DNA of 64,000 nucleotides from Eledone cirrhosa (taxonomy: Eukaryota): positions 396,862,001 through 396,926,000 of the forward strand of contig OZ024740.1 in the NCBI GenBank assembly GCA_964016885.1. The letters are read 5' to 3'. The notes beneath the pieces were generated by a model, which saw only the letters and a list, made by a program, of their open reading frames with translations, searched no databases and was not told where the DNA came from. Every line of letters starts with the position of its first letter. Position 1 is the stretch's first letter. Of the stretch, positions 13,088 to 27,425 are shown piece after piece. Made by a program: the position numbers and the translations under genes.

Positions 13088-14254
13088 TTAATATATTTGT
13101 TAATTCTTAATTGTAATTAGAATTAGAGAACATTTTTTAAATTGACTTAACAAAAGAGTTAGAAAAATTATTACTAATTAATATTTGAAACAGGCTGAGG
13201 CTGTCAGTCTTGTTTTAATCCGATTGACAGGCAGTATGTTTCTTTATATTACACAAGTATTTTATATTCTGCACCCAGAATATATAAAAGTTAACCATTT
13301 CAACACTGAGCAGTAATGTGTGTGTATGTGTGTGTGTGCATGCACTGGGTGATCAATCGTTGTGTCATTATATAATTCCATATGTTACTGTATTCTTCAG
13401 TAGAAACATAGTAAAGAAAAGAATATAAATGGGCTATATTAGTTATTTCTGTGAGGAATTATGTGACATATATCATATTCCAAACAGAGTAGAGTAACGT
13501 TTTTGTGTGTGTGTGGGGTGGCTGGGTGGGGTATTCATGAATGGAGAATTTTTTTTGATAGTGGTGGTGGGTTTGCAAATATTCATGAATGGAGAAATTT
13601 TTGTATACATGTATACACATATGCATGGTATTTACTCTATGACTGTACAGATTTACAAACATATGCTTGTAATGTGATAATTATTAAATTATCATGTTAT
13701 ATATACTGAATTGACATTACTCCCACCAACACCTCTACCACAAGATTATTAACACCACACAACTACTGATTGTTTAATAATTATTAAACATTCAAGTATA
13801 ATAATAATAGTGTGCTGAAGTGTTTGTCGATCTTTTCACTCTTATGGCTTGATAAAGAGTATCTGTCTGTTCCACCTTTTTCCTCGCATTCTCATCATTA
13901 TATTATCTGTTTCCCTATACCGACACATTTTCTTAGATATATATGAGAGACACAACCTATCAAATACTTGGGAGTGATGCACAAATTCAGAACATTGAAT
14001 AGGTTATAACATCACAGTCTGTTTTGGATCCACATTGTATGCCTACGTTGTAGGAGTTGTTTATGTTTAATCACAGAACAGCAGTTAAAGCATGTAACAT
14101 GGAGGTAGATTGTAAAAGTAGAGATTTTTATGTGGAGGCCTGCTTTGTATTATATGCATATATGATTATGATAATAATAACAATGGCGCAGTGAAAAAGA
14201 AAGATGACAACATTGAATAAAATAAAATTCAGACTAGATACATATATGTATATA

Positions 14255-14610
14255 TAGTTGTCCCCTAGTATTCCTGGAGGGGTGGGGTTACATTCCTAGA
14301 GCACCGGTGAAGAGTGAAAAACCATGAATATTGGACGTGGTCCATAAAAATGCCTATAAATGTCAAAATATAATAAAAAAGAGTCTTATGCTAAGGGGCG
14401 TCCAATAGTCTAGCAAATATGGTATATTGTTATTAATAATTTAACTTTAAAAAAATATATATTGTCACGAAAAACGTCATTAAAAAAATCATGGAAGATA
14501 TTTATGATTCCGTGAATATGCGGTGGTTTCCATGAATAATTATTAGTTAGGTTCTAAGGAAAATTCTAGGAATAACAGGGACCGCAAATGTCAGGACCGC
14601 AAATGCACTG
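14255..14610 (+). mobile_element. pogo/Tigger-type MITE
   Basis: TA|tagttgtcccct...gcactg|TA; homologous to the reverse complement of 11004-11316. Confidence 0.7.
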
Positions 14611-16109
14611 TATTATATTATCCATATATTAAGATCTTACTCTCCACTACCACTCATGCAATCACTCCTTATTTTCCCCTTCTATAGTCAAGTAGAGTTA
14701 GTGATAGAATTAAATATGCAAAGTTTAATTGTTTTTATTGTTGTTGTTGAGTTGGTTTAGCTATAACAATAGCAGGGAAGTGGTCAATCAAATACTTAAA
14801 ACATAATGACGGAGCCTCTACATGGCTTATTAGCCTGCTAAGATAGCAATACAATCTTCTTCATATCATGAAAAAAAGATAGGATGGTTAAGGCTGCAGT
14901 ACTTTTGATCAAAGGCCTGATCAGGACTTGTCTTGAGCTTGGAGGCTCATCAGGCCGGTGTTCAGCATGGTTTCCATGGCATGAAGTGACTGGGAGTACA
15001 AGACTCCCCTCTGGACAGGACGCCAGTCCATTGTAGGGTTAAACTCCCAGTCATAGCTGGTACTCATTTTCAGCTGATATACTGGAGCAATGTGAAATAA
15101 AGTGTTTTTTATCAGGACTGCTGTGGAATAAATATTAAAAGCAAGCCACAGAGCTTTCATCTTAGATGCAAAATGTTTGGTATGTTAGTTGGGTTGATCT
15201 TCTTTGCATAAACAAAAATTAATTTCATTTACCTGCACTTCACCTTTAAACATCTTGTCATAAAACAAAGGGCTCAAATTAGATAATTTTGGTAGGGAGC
15301 TTGTTGAGAGAAATTTAACTGCCAGCTATGCTGAACAGATTAAATGAATGTATCGTACTTTCTCATTGGCGTAATATGGCCTATTGCTACATCCTTGTAA
15401 TAGATGTTAGTTGTGAACACGAGGACAATCTTAGTGTTAAAATTGTTTTATCTTACCTCAATAAAGGATATGTACTCCAAGATTTTCTTAGGATCATTAT
15501 GGTGAAATTTCACACAGCTTAATATATCAAATGTTTGTTTTTGCAAAACAGCTTCCCTGTGTATGAGTGTAAAACCCTTGTACTTATAACTTGCAGGCAG
15601 TAAGTAGGTAGACAGACAGACAGTCTGGCAGAAAGATTCCTATACATACAAACCTTTACTGATACTTATATACTCTTTCTTGATCAAATGTGTCAAACAT
15701 ACATATATGCATACATGCACATACCTCATAAACACACACATATCTCAAATACATACAGCTCTCAACACCAAAACACACACACTTAAACACACACACACAC
15801 ACACACACACCTCCTTCACTATACACACAACTCTGAAGAAGCAGAAGTTCAGTTTGTGTCAGCTTTATTGTGTTACTTCCCCCAGCATTGTCCCGACAAG
15901 AACGTCAACTAATCAAACCTATTGAACACAACATCTAGGTTTACAATGAACCAATCAATATATACATGGTGATTGGTGGTGGCAGGGAGATTTTGTGTGA
16001 GATTTTCATGTTCTGTGTACATGTGAGTGTATGTGCCATGAAGAACAAATGTATTGTCTACTCTAGGTAAACATGTAAACTGTTATTATTGTTATTGTTG
16101 TCAATAATA

Positions 16110-16160
<51 letters not shown>
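16110..16160. repeat. (GCT)n microsatellite
   Basis: Direct reading. Confidence 0.95.
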
Positions 16161-16355
16161 ATCTTAATGACAGTAATGAGTGTGTCTAGATATATATGTG
16201 AGACTATGACAAATGTATTTGACATATGTGCATGTACATTTATATCATGAAAACAAATAGTGTGGTTGAAGTCATTTCTCATTATGTGTAGGCCTATGTT
16301 AGCGTAAGCTAATATGTTGGTATGTGTGTATATATACACACATATATACACACAA

Positions 16356-16395
<40 letters not shown>

Positions 16396-16503
16396 ACACA
16401 CGTATATATATAAACACATATATATATATATACATATATATACATACACACAAATATATATATATACACACACACATATATACACACACACATACACACA
16501 CAG

Positions 16504-16558
<55 letters not shown>

Positions 16559-16723
16559 TACACACACATATATATATTGTTATACTTTGGGAGGGTCATG
16601 TTGCCAATAAGAAACACACGCACCAGTTGCTTTCACTTCAATTTATTATAATAAATTTATAAATTTAGGAATTTACAAATTTCTGGTTGGTTGGTTCCAC
16701 AACCAGATGATTGTTTATATATT

Positions 16724-16766
16724 GTCAAAGTTCTTTCGTCACACATTCTGTGACTTCTTCAGTGAC
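16724..16766 (-). ncRNA. Minimal type I hammerhead ribozyme (left arm)
   Basis: GUCA-CUGAAGA-A-GUCAC(agaaugu)GUGAC-GAAA-G aa C-UU|UGAC: intact core, stem I 4 bp, stem II 5 bp or more, very short stem III. Confidence 0.75.
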
Positions 16767-16965
16767 TGGGGATTCTTTTCTTTGTTTTTGTGCCTCTCCT
16801 TTGTTCTGTCCTACGCCATCTTGTTTTTGTGTGTGTTGTGTGCTTAGTTTGCGCATGTGTTACATCCGGGTGTCTGTGTGTGTTTATATTTGTTTATTTA
16901 TTTGTTTATTTACATGTTACTGGTTGGTTGTTTGTTCTATGGGTGTGTGTGTTTTTATTTTGTCC

Positions 16966-17885
16966 TTAATTGTAAGTTGTGATGTTGCTGTTCCATTGAT
17001 GTTTTCTATTTAATTTTGGTTGGAGTTCATTTATGTTTATTGCCTCTGTGATTTGTCTAAACATTGCGTCTTTTCTGTGTGTAGATTCTATTTTTATTTC
17101 TATGTTCTCTAATTTACCCTTATGTTCTATTTTAGCATGTTGGTAGAGTACAGATGATTCTTTACTATCTTGAAGCTCTCGCCAGTGTTCATTTATCCGT
17201 TCCCTATACTACAAGCTGTCTCGCCTATGTACACTATATTCTTATCTCTACATTGTCCTTCAGTACATCTTATGCTATATACTACATTTCTAGTTTTACA
17301 GTTAATATGGGGGCTTAATTTACAGATAATACATTTCTTATCTACACAGGGAGGTCTTTGAAAAGGGTATCTCTTGCTAATAAGTGTTTTTATGGAGGTA
17401 CCTGGTCTTTCTACTATCTTAATATTGAGTTTATGTTTATCTAGGGCCCTTCTAAATTTGTAAGCTAATTCACCTCTAGGGGTTGTATCGATGAACATTA
17501 CACTCTGGTATTTATTGCTATCATACCATGAGTTTATTCTATTAGCCTTATTCCTAGTTCTTTCTGTTCTAGTCCAAAATTTGCTCCTATACAAGGGGCA
17601 GGTCCCATTTGTGTCATTATTTACCATTTTTTCCCATTTGGTTCTGGCTCCTCTATATACTCTGATTTTATCTCTCTGATTGTAACCAGAGAACTGCATA
17701 CAGTGGATGAAGTGTTGTATGTGTCTCTCTAGTTCTTTGGGGTTGCACATGCGGGACACGTTTCTCATCACCCGTACCAAATCCGCAATCAGTATGTTGA
17801 TTTTGGTATGGTCCGAAACAGCTGAGTTTCGGTGGATCAGATATTTGGAAGTCATGGGTTTGGCATAATGGGAATGGAGGATTTG
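16966..17885 (-). pseudogene. Penelope-like C-terminal fragment: RT thumb, Cys-rich linker, GIY-YIG endonuclease
   Basis: HYAKPM...SGY...CxxxxCxxC...C..VVYSIRC...YIGETACSIG. A 1-nt frameshift at ~17203 continues as ERINEH...VLYQH...RQITEAINI...LNRK to TAA at 16966-16968. Confidence 0.88.
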
Positions 17886-18309
17886 TTTTTTGAGAGCTCT
17901 GTGTCTAGTACAGGTAATCGATGGTAAGGGTGTTTGCATGCTAAAATAGAACATAAGGGTAAATTAGAGAACATAGAAATAAAAATAGAATCTACACACA
18001 GAAAAGACGCAATGTTTAGACAAATCACAGAGGCAATAAACATAAATGAACTCCAACCAAAATTAAATAGAAAACATCAATGGAACAGCAACATCACAAC
18101 TTACAATTAAGGACAAAATAAAAACACACACGCACATAGAACAAACAACCAACCAGTAACATGTAAATAAACAAATAAATAAACAAATATAAACACACAC
18201 AGACACCCGGATGTAACACATGCGCAAACTAAGCACACAACACACACAAAAACAAGATGGCGTAGGACAGAACAAAGGAGAGGCACAAAAACAAAGAAAA
18301 GAATCCCCA

Positions 18310-18352
18310 GTTACTGAAGAGGTCACAGAATGTGTGACGAAAGAACTTTGAC
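18310..18352 (+). ncRNA. Minimal type I hammerhead ribozyme (right arm)
   Basis: GUUA-CUGAAGA-G-GUCAC(agaaugu)GUGAC-GAAA-GaaC-UU|UGAC. Confidence 0.75.
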
Positions 18353-18560
18353 AATTTATAAACAATCATCTGGTTGTGGAACCAACCAACCAACCGGAAA
18401 TTTGTAAATTCCTAAATTTATAAATTTATTATAATAAATTGAAGTGAAAGCAACTGGTGCGTGTGTTTCTTATTGGCAACATGACCCTCCCAAAGTATAA
18501 CAATATCGGTTTCAACACACGTTTTCAGATAAAGAGTCTTGCTAAACAAATTCAGAAACG

Positions 18561-18627
<67 letters not shown>

Positions 18628-18742
18628 TAACTCCAGAAAATTTTTTTTTTTTCCCGTTGAGTGCTTCCAATCTACTGTAAAACCCATTCTTTGACATAAT
18701 CATTGAATATTGTTTAACAATTTAATATATATATATATATAT

Positions 18743-20392
18743 TACTGGGGCACATGGATTTCGCTGTCTACTGTTGGAGATATGTTTCCTAGTAATTTTT
18801 GGGTGCTGATTTAAAAAATGAAATTCATTTTGTTCTATCACATCAAGATTTTTCACAAACGCATATATCCATTTTTCAACATTTCTGGTATTGTCAGAAT
18901 TTCTAAAGTTAGATTTGGCTTCATCAAATGCAGACCCATCCATCGAGCTTGACAACTTTGAAATCATAGTTTTTTAATGTCATTTAAAGTAAACGCAACT
19001 ATAAAAGTGAAAACAAATGTCCTGGTTTAAGTATCTTCAATAAATAAAAGGCATCAAACTTGTCCTTTATACAATTAGATGTTAATAAACAACACATTTT
19101 TGTGGTCCTTGCCATCATAAATGTCTCATATTTGTGGAGTCTGTTGTATATGTCTGTAGATATATCCATGCTGTGCTTGATTTAGTTTGACTATCATTGC
19201 AAACCAGATAAGACAGGTTTTGTTGAAGTTTTAACTATTTCTTACGAAAATTGGTATTTTGAATGTATACTTAATGTTGTAATTGTTGAGGTCACATGGG
19301 GCAAGGACCCTTTGGAAATTCTGTAATGCTAAAGGACAACTATGACTATGAAAATAGTGCTTGAAAAGATGTGGTATGAAGAGCACAACTGGACTTTATG
19401 TGGGTACTTGAAAGTCATTGGATTGCTTTTTGGTCTACAAGATGGTTATACCAAGTATCCTTGCTTTTTATGTCTTTGGAACAATCGAGCAAAAAGTGAC
19501 CATTGGATATGAAAGACATGGCCAGACAGAAGGGAATTCAACATTGGAATGAAGAATGTTTTAAACAGGCTACTGGTTAATTCCAGGAAGGTTTTGCTTC
19601 CCTCATTGCATATCTAGCTTGGGCTGATGAAGGAGTTTGTGAAAGCCTTTGACCAGGATGGTGACTGTTTCAAATACATAAACAGAAAGCTTTTAGGCAA
19701 CAGATTAGGCAGCTATTGCAAAATGAGCAGTTTTTAAAGATTATGTCTGTCATCGAAAAAGAAGTGTGGAGTTCTTTTATTGCAGTTGTATCTGATTTCC
19801 TGGGATGTAAGACATTGTCAAATTATGAAGAACTTATGCAGACCCTGTTAACCAGTTTTCAAGCACTGTGCAGCAACATTAGTGTAAAAGTGCATTTCCT
19901 GCACAGTCATCTGGACTACTCCCTGAAAATTTTGGTTCAAGGAGAAAGATTCCACCAAAACATCAAGACCATTGAGTCTAGGTATCAAGGCAGGTGGAAC
20001 ACAAACATGATTAGTTAACTACTGCTGGTGTCTGCAAAGAGACAGTCGCGATGAAAGTTATTCACACAAAGTAGCAAAGAGAAAGTTCACTCCTTGAGTA
20101 TCTGAAACTCCAGTTTGACATAAATATCTATCCTAAGATGTGTAATTAAACATTTTGTGTAATATATTTGTTAAACAATGAAAAGTACTATTTGATTTGT
20201 ATTAGTTTCTTATTTCAGTATTGTATTTAATGGTGAAATTGACATTTTTTTTGTAAAAAATGAATTCCTGTTTAATAAAAAAAAACTTCACATAATTAAA
20301 AATTTCTGAGGGCATTTATTTAGGTATAAATTAGGTAGAAACAATTGTAAAAAACAAGACAACTAAAATTTTTTTCGAAGATGTTCCCTGTG
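18743..20392 (+). mobile_element. Decayed Chapaev3-type (CMC) DNA transposon
   Basis: Broken transposase at ~19348-20045: YEEHNWTLCG.LKVIGLLFGLQDGYTKYPCFLCLW, LLPSLHI*LGLMKEFVKA, VKVHFLHSHLDY, GERFHQ.I..IESRYQGRW, YCW. Imperfect termini (tactggggcacat / atgttccctgtg). Confidence 0.75.
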
Positions 20393-21277
20393 TACACATG
20401 TACTAAAAACAAATTGTATCTATGTAAATATTTTGTTCACTGACAACTTTTTGAGTGTATATGTAAGTATATACATGTACACATCTTTTTGTATATATCA
20501 TGACAAGAAAAGGTGTCGTTTGTTTCATAAGATATGAATATTTAGTATCTAGATAAGCATTTGTGTGTTTGTGGTGGTATGTTCATATGGCTGCATGAGC
20601 AATGTGATGAATAGAAACATTATTGCCAATCCTTGTGGTCATTATTTATTGATGACAGTAAGTTGAATACAAGAATTTCAAAGCTAACTTGGATTTTTTT
20701 CAACACTATTTTGTCTTCCCCAACATTCATTTCTCTCTTATTTTCTTTATTTCATCTCTTTCCTTTACTTCTACTCTATTTCTTTTATTTTTGATGATCC
20801 ACAAAAACAAAGAATTTTGACAGCTGGGTGATGTTTCTTAAAAATAACCATATCAACATGGAATGAAAGTGCCAACTTGAATTTTATTTTTCAAAGTATG
20901 AGAGGAAAATAAGAGTAATGAATACACAAATTTCAGGACTCAAAAATTCTGCACATCTAACTGTTCAGTTATCATTGCTTCTTACTGAACAGAAATTTAG
21001 AAAGGCATTATTCACCAGCTTAAAGAAAATTAAATGTATATCAAATATGATTCCATGCTAGTTCCAAATAGTTCCAATTGAGTTGCTATTTCTAATGCAT
21101 ATAGTTTCCCGCATTAGTTCATGATGCCGGTTGTTGTTATCAATATTGTTGTTGTCATCATTTTAAAATATGTTATTCAATCCTAGTATAAGATGGAGAG
21201 GTTTTATTTTAATATAATTATCTTACTTGGGACTTGCTATAAGGAAGAACTTGAGCTTTTTAATATGAATGAAGTCA

Positions 21278-21311
<34 letters not shown>

Positions 21312-22184
21312 CAGAAAATGTCTGTGGAAACAATGATTAACAGCTGACATAAAATATGATATATCAGCATAATTGCTAATATGTTGGCATTCAAAAACAC
21401 AGGATCAGATAAAAATGCCAAATGTGAAAAAAGATGAGCTTTGCAAAGTAGATTTAATAGAAAAAGAGTTGAAAAAGATGCAACTTTAATGTCATGGGTT
21501 GATGAGTTGTTAAAAAAAGTAAGATTTTCTAAAAGTTGTTAATGTATTTAAGAAGAAAACTAAATAGAAAGTGGAATACATTTATCAATCCTGCAGTAAA
21601 TGATATGTAATTTGCATTTATAATAGTTTCTATGTAAATGTTAAAGTAAAGAAAGAGTCAGTTGGAATTAATTGGATGATGTCTTTCAGTGTTTGGAGAT
21701 AATTGTTCTTTGTTTATTGAGATGCTGTATGATATTTTACTAAAGTATAAGTCTTGGAGAGATATAATTCCTGCAGAAAGAGTTATTTTCTCAAATGTTT
21801 TCCGCTTGAGTCCAAATAATTTACTGTTTTCATCTCTCTGGATCTTATCCTATAGTATATTCTATCTCTAGCCTCTGTGATGGGAATGTGGGTGTACATA
21901 CAGGAATGGCATTCTCTTACTTTTCAGTTTCTCATCAAGAGGATTATAGTGTCTACTTTATTACTTTAACACCTCATGCTCAAGGACTTTAGTGTACGCT
22001 GGGTTTCTAAAACCCATTTCCATCACTGATTACCAACCCATTCTTCACTCTTCCACACAAACATTATTTGGATCAACCTATGAGACTGTCTTTCAATTAA
22101 TTATTTCTCTCCCTATCTCATATGTATCTATAAACACATACATATATACATATATGTAGTGAGTGCAGAAGATTTGCAGCAGTT

Positions 22185-22650
22185 AAAAAGAACTGAGACA
22201 TGCATGCTTCATCTAATGTGTAGTGTAAGTGTGCATGAGCAACAAAGCACAAGTGAACTGAGAGAGAAGTAGAGTATAAAAGGAATTGAATGTAGCAGGT
22301 AAGATTGTGCTGGTATGGCCATGCAATGCATAAGAAGAGCATGAATTGTATAAAAAAAGTACCAATTGAAAAACGAAGACCAAGGAAGACATTGGATGAA
22401 GTCTTTAAGAATGATCTCAAGAAACTGAACCTCATGGAGGAGATAACACAAGAAAAAGCTGACTGGCAATATGCCATAATACCCATCTACCAATACAAAC
22501 ACTGCAACAAAATGTGGTGAGAAACAGGAGGCTACAGTGTTTGGCAATTGAGCAGGGATGGTAAAGGAGTGACGAGTGAAGAGATGGTGTGCTGAAAAAG
22601 ACCCTTCCAACCTATATGAGCATAGAACACTGATGATGATGATGATGATG
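22185..22650 (+). mobile_element. Decayed RTE LINE 3' fragments with (GAT)n tail
   Basis: LCWYGHAM...RRPRKT.DEV...DL motif, homologous to 33961-34580. Confidence 0.7.
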
Positions 22651-22761
22651 AATATATATAAATCATCATCATCATATACAAACACAAATATATATACAAA
22701 CACAAATATATATACACACACACATACATATACATACACACACATACATATACACACATAT

Positions 22762-23182
22762 ACCAGCACCACTACCAGCACCACTACCATCACCACCACC
22801 ATTACCAGCACCACTACCATCACCACCACCATTACCATCACCACTACCATCACCACCACCATTACCAACACCACTACCATCACCACCACCACTACCATCA
22901 CCACCACCATCACCACCACCATTACCATCACCACCACGATTACCAGCACCACTACCATCACCACCACCATTACCAGCACCACTACCATCACCACCACCAT
23001 TACCATCACCACTACCATCACCACCACCATTACCAACACCACTACCATCACCACCACCACTACCATCACCACCACCATCACCACCACCATTACCATCACC
23101 ACCACCATTACCAACACCACTACCATCACCACCGCCATTACCAGCACCACCACCATCACCACTACCATCACCACCACCATTA
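22762..23182. repeat. (ACC/ACT/ATC/ATT)-based minisatellite
   Basis: Repeats of accactaccatcaccaccaccatt with higher-order units; gives spurious Thr-, Val- and Gly-rich ORFs. Confidence 0.95.
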
Positions 23183-23210
23183 CACATATATATATACATA
23201 TATAAACATT

Positions 23211-24160
23211 TATAATCAAATATATAAATGGAAAAATTAGCTTTTAAATGAATTTTAATTCCTTACACATGTTTTAAGAGAGTTTTACATCCAATTATTT
23301 GAACAATGTTAGATGAATATTCGTATAATCAATATTTATACATACACAATGATATATAAGTATATTTTTGCACTTCTCTATCTTTGGAGGAATAAAAAAA
23401 ATCATAATTTTTAGGCACTCGCCATATCAATGGATCGACTTGTATGGTTCCTCATCCTTACTAAAGAATGAATTGAATTTCATATACATTCTGCTTCAAT
23501 TTAATGTCTTTTTTTATTCCTCCAAAGATGGAGAAGTGTAAAAATATACGTCTCTACCCCACCTCCATTTACCTCCCAGTCTTAAAACTCTGCCCCTCAC
23601 ACACTCACAAATCCCCACACACCTCTTTCACTAAAGTCCACAGACCACACTGTAAAGATGACATGAAGGCGACACAATAAAAAACACCCAGCCTACACTG
23701 TAAAGTGGTTGTGTAGGTGTCATGAAAAAATTCACCCATCCCACACTGTAAAGTGGTCGTGTAGGTGTCACAACAAAAAACATCCAGCCCTCACTGTAAA
23801 ATGGTCGTGTAGATGTCACAACAAAAAGCACCCAGTACTCACTGTAAATGTGGTTGGCATTAGGAAGGGCATCCAGCTGTAGAAACTAAGGCAAAATCAG
23901 TTCTGTATGAGCAAGACATGGTCACCTGACCTGGCATTTCTCACAACAGGACGACTCGTCTAACCCATGCTAGCATGGAAAAATGGACGTTAAACAGTGA
24001 TGATGGTGGGTATGATGATATCATTGTGTATGTATAGATAGTGATTATAACAATTTTCATCTAATATTATTCAAATAATTAGATGTACAACTCTCTTGAA
24101 ACGTGTAAGGAATTAAAAATGATTTAAAAGCTAATTTTTCCATCTATATATTTCATTATA
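23211..24160. repeat. Old palindromic element split by a SINE-containing insertion
   Basis: 23211-23354 is inverse to 24018-24160, and 23360-23400 is inverse to ~23510-23549. The insert 23550-24017 contains a SINE 3' half. Confidence 0.7.
23630..24010 (+). mobile_element. SINE 3' half with 4-5 tandem ~47-bp units and (GAT)n tail
   Basis: Units cactgtaaagtggtcgtgtaggtgtcacaacaaaaa; tail gcatggaaaaatggacgttaaac. Confidence 0.8.
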
Positions 24161-24401
24161 TTTGTTCTGTGCTTATGTTTGCCTTTCCAACTCTTTCTCC
24201 CTAAAACAAAATCTCCTTTCTCTTCAATATATTACATAAACATATTGAGCTAATTATGAAAAGACATGGCAATTATATACTATCATATATCATTCTCTAC
24301 ATACATCTGAGCTATGTATATTTAGTTTTACCTCTGCTTATACATTTATATACACGCGCGCGCGCGCGCGCACACACACACACACACGCACACATATATA
24401 A

Positions 24402-24748
24402 GTTAAAAGGGTAAAGGCTCCCTTTGGTCACAAATGACGATGGGATTTGCACCTGGAAAGTTCTTTTCCAAGGCACAAACCTGGGCAAAATGTTTTTATG
24501 AAAAACCAGTAGTCGCCCATGCATATCAGTTTCCCCCCTCCACACCACTGATGTTGTCTAAAGGAAAGGCAAAGGCCAGTACAGCTTGGCACTAGCAATG
24601 CTGCAACTCATTTTTTCCAGTTGAGTGAATTGGAGCAATATCAAATAAAGTGTCTTACTCAAGGACACAATGCACTGCTCAGTCTTGGAATTGAACTCAC
24701 AACCTCATGATTGTAAGCTCAGTGCTCTAACCACTAAGTCACATACCT
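24402..24748 (-). mobile_element. tRNA-derived CORE-type SINE
   Basis: Minus-strand head gacttagtggttagagc...gagttcaattcc followed by ccttgagtaagacacttt. Confidence 0.75.
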
Positions 24749-24786
24749 ACACACACATAGACATATGTATATATATATATATATAT

Positions 24787-24838
<52 letters not shown>

Positions 24839-26889
24839 ATATATATATATATATACACATATGTATAGACACTTGGAAACATGTAAAACGATGATGATGA
24901 CGATGATATATATTTAAACATAATTTATTTTCTATCTATATATTTGAATTGTGCTGACAATAGGATCAGCAGTAAATATTTAGAATATACATTGTCTTAT
25001 AATTATTCATCATTATTGTAACATTTCTGATAAGGTGTATTTCACAATGATTACAAATTGGCAATATCCATTTCCTCTCTAAGTAGACACAAATAGAGTT
25101 TTAAGTGACTTGCTCAATAACACAGTATCAAGATATATGAAGCTAAACCAACAATCTGAGGAATGATTATTTTCTTATTTTGTTCTATGACTTCCTGGTT
25201 AGATACCATCAACATAAACCATGCTATATTTTTTCCTTTCTAGGAAATACTTTGAATTCAAATTCCAAATTCCTCAATTCACACACAATTTCTAAATGTT
25301 ACACAAATAGAAATTGTGCATTAAACTTTTCTAGAATATTCTTCATTTAATTGGCAACACTATACTTTATTTTGGCCTCAATAACCACCCACCACTCTTC
25401 TCATATATTTCTTTCAATCACTTTTTCTTAATTTGCTTTTTCTATATATATTGTTTCACTTATTCTATCTCCCTTTTTCTTTCTTTCTCACTTTTGGCTA
25501 CCTTTTTCTCATTTCTCTTACATTCTTGTCTATCTTTCTCATTCACTCACTCCTCTTTTTATACACCTCCTACCAATCTACTTTAAATTTGAAAAAAAAA
25601 AAAATTAAAATTAGAAAAGAATCAACAAGGAAGAATACAAATGCAGGAACAAAAGAAAAAAAAGGGAACAATACTACAAAAAAGAATCGAAAGACTCTCT
25701 CTCCATACATTGTTCTCAAATAGACAGAGTACAAATGAAGTTAAATTAAAAGAATTGTATAAATAACAAACGAATAGAAACTGCAGAAAATAATGCTGTT
25801 TTCATCTCTTTGTAAATATGTAATGAAATTGTCTGCTGTTTTGGTCAAGTTGATGGGGAATTTTTTTTCAGCATTGAATATTCAATATTTTCTTAAAGAA
25901 GGGAATGTGAAGAAAAAAAAAATGATTCCAATCAATGACTAGAATTATTGTGGAGGCAAGATAGTAGAAATGATTGATCAATGAGAATGGAAAATGAAGA
26001 ATTCTGTAAAGCTTATAGAATAGTTTTAGTGGTGATGGCAGATGTAGTATAAGTAAGGGTGGGAAGGACGCAGTAAGATTTCGGACAAATGGTTCAGAAA
26101 GTTTTCCATTGAGAAGTTTTATTGACCATGACATCAAATAAATGAAATATGTGTAGGACTATATAGAAGAGTGTATATGTGTGTGTTTATGTATGCACAT
26201 GAAGATACATACATTTAAATATGCACATATATAGACACACACATGCAAAGGTATACAAATACACACTCAGACACACACATACACAAAAATACACACACAC
26301 TCATTACACACACATAATTTTTTAAAATGTGTATTAAGGTAAATGTAATGTTTTCGACAGATGGCCTGATGCTATCTCTTTCACAGACATAAAGAGGAGG
26401 ATTAACCTAACCTAGTTATATGTATACATATAAAGGCTCTGGATGCTGCTCCCTATGTTATAGGCTGGTCACACACCAGAGATCCTCATCTATCTCCTAA
26501 ATCACTCAGCTCTATATCCCAGTAAATTATTTCAGCTAATGAGAAAAAGCACCTGATGGTGTAGTGTTAACATGGCACTACTGCATGATTGACTTGTATG
26601 ACAACGGCCAATTGAGAAAAAGTTCCCAGCCAAATTGTAGTGGCTTTGTGTTCATAACCAATGTTAACCATGTAATTGGAGGAAATTAGCTGTGGTCAAA
26701 CCTGGAGAAGGATGGGCTCCACCAGGTTTAAAGTGACCAAGACATGACATTTGATGAAAAAAATCAGAAACAACTCTATACCAGACTGATCAGAGCCTGG
26801 GTTAACAGTGACCATATCATCTGTCACTCACCTTGGTAGATGTGATAAGTGTGCTACTGGTGGTCCAATAGGGAAGATTCATGGCAGAG

Positions 26890-27425
26890 AGAATATAACA
26901 TATACTGGATGGAATGTAAGGACACTGAACCAAACTAAGAGTCTGAAAGAACTCATGAGATGGAGAGATATAAATAGCATCTCCTCAAGATCTTTGAAAC
27001 CAGATGGAAAAGAAATACAAACTAAAGAGGGGTATGTATTCAACTTTAGTGGAAAGAACAGCCATGCAAATGGTGTAGGGTTCCTACTCAAAAAGTCCAT
27101 AAAAATGTCATTCTAGGGTGCCAATCAATCTGAAATAGGCTCACAACCAAACACCTGCAGTCAAAGCCTTTCAATACCATTGTGGCACAAGTTTATGCCC
27201 CAACTCCAATCTATGAGAATGAACATATTGAAGAATTCTATAAAGAATTTCAAGATGTCATTGACAAAACCAACAATAAAGAGATGCTGATAATACAGGG
27301 TGACTGGAATTCCAAGGTGGGGAGGCATACACAAACTGAAAAGTAGGAGATTTCATTGGCCCTTCATGCAATGATACCTCAAATAAAAGGTGACTGTGCA
27401 TACTGGTATTTGCCAGTTGTAACAG
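26890..27425 (+). pseudogene. Decayed RTE-type apurinic endonuclease fragment
   Basis: WNVRTL, GVGFL, QVYAPT, EEFY and IQGDWNSKVG across frameshifts and stops. Confidence 0.8.

Larger units (their letters stand above)
16576..18563. mobile_element. Penelope-like retroelement, head-to-head insertion with ~565-bp inverted arms
   Basis: Arms 16576-17140 and 17937-18505 are near-identical reverse complements. Right arm has a ~58-bp extra tail. The internal part encodes thumb/linker plus GIY-YIG. Flanked by (TA)/(CA) tracts. Confidence 0.9.

Noticed and set aside
16576-18563. Interpretation as a TIR DNA transposon
   Set aside because: The arms contain the end of a GIY-YIG ORF and hammerheads, are asymmetric, and no DDE transposase is present.
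22209-23219. Mucin-like Thr-rich, Val-rich and Gly-rich ORFs
   Set aside because: Stop-free frames of a trinucleotide-based minisatellite, with no splice or start context.
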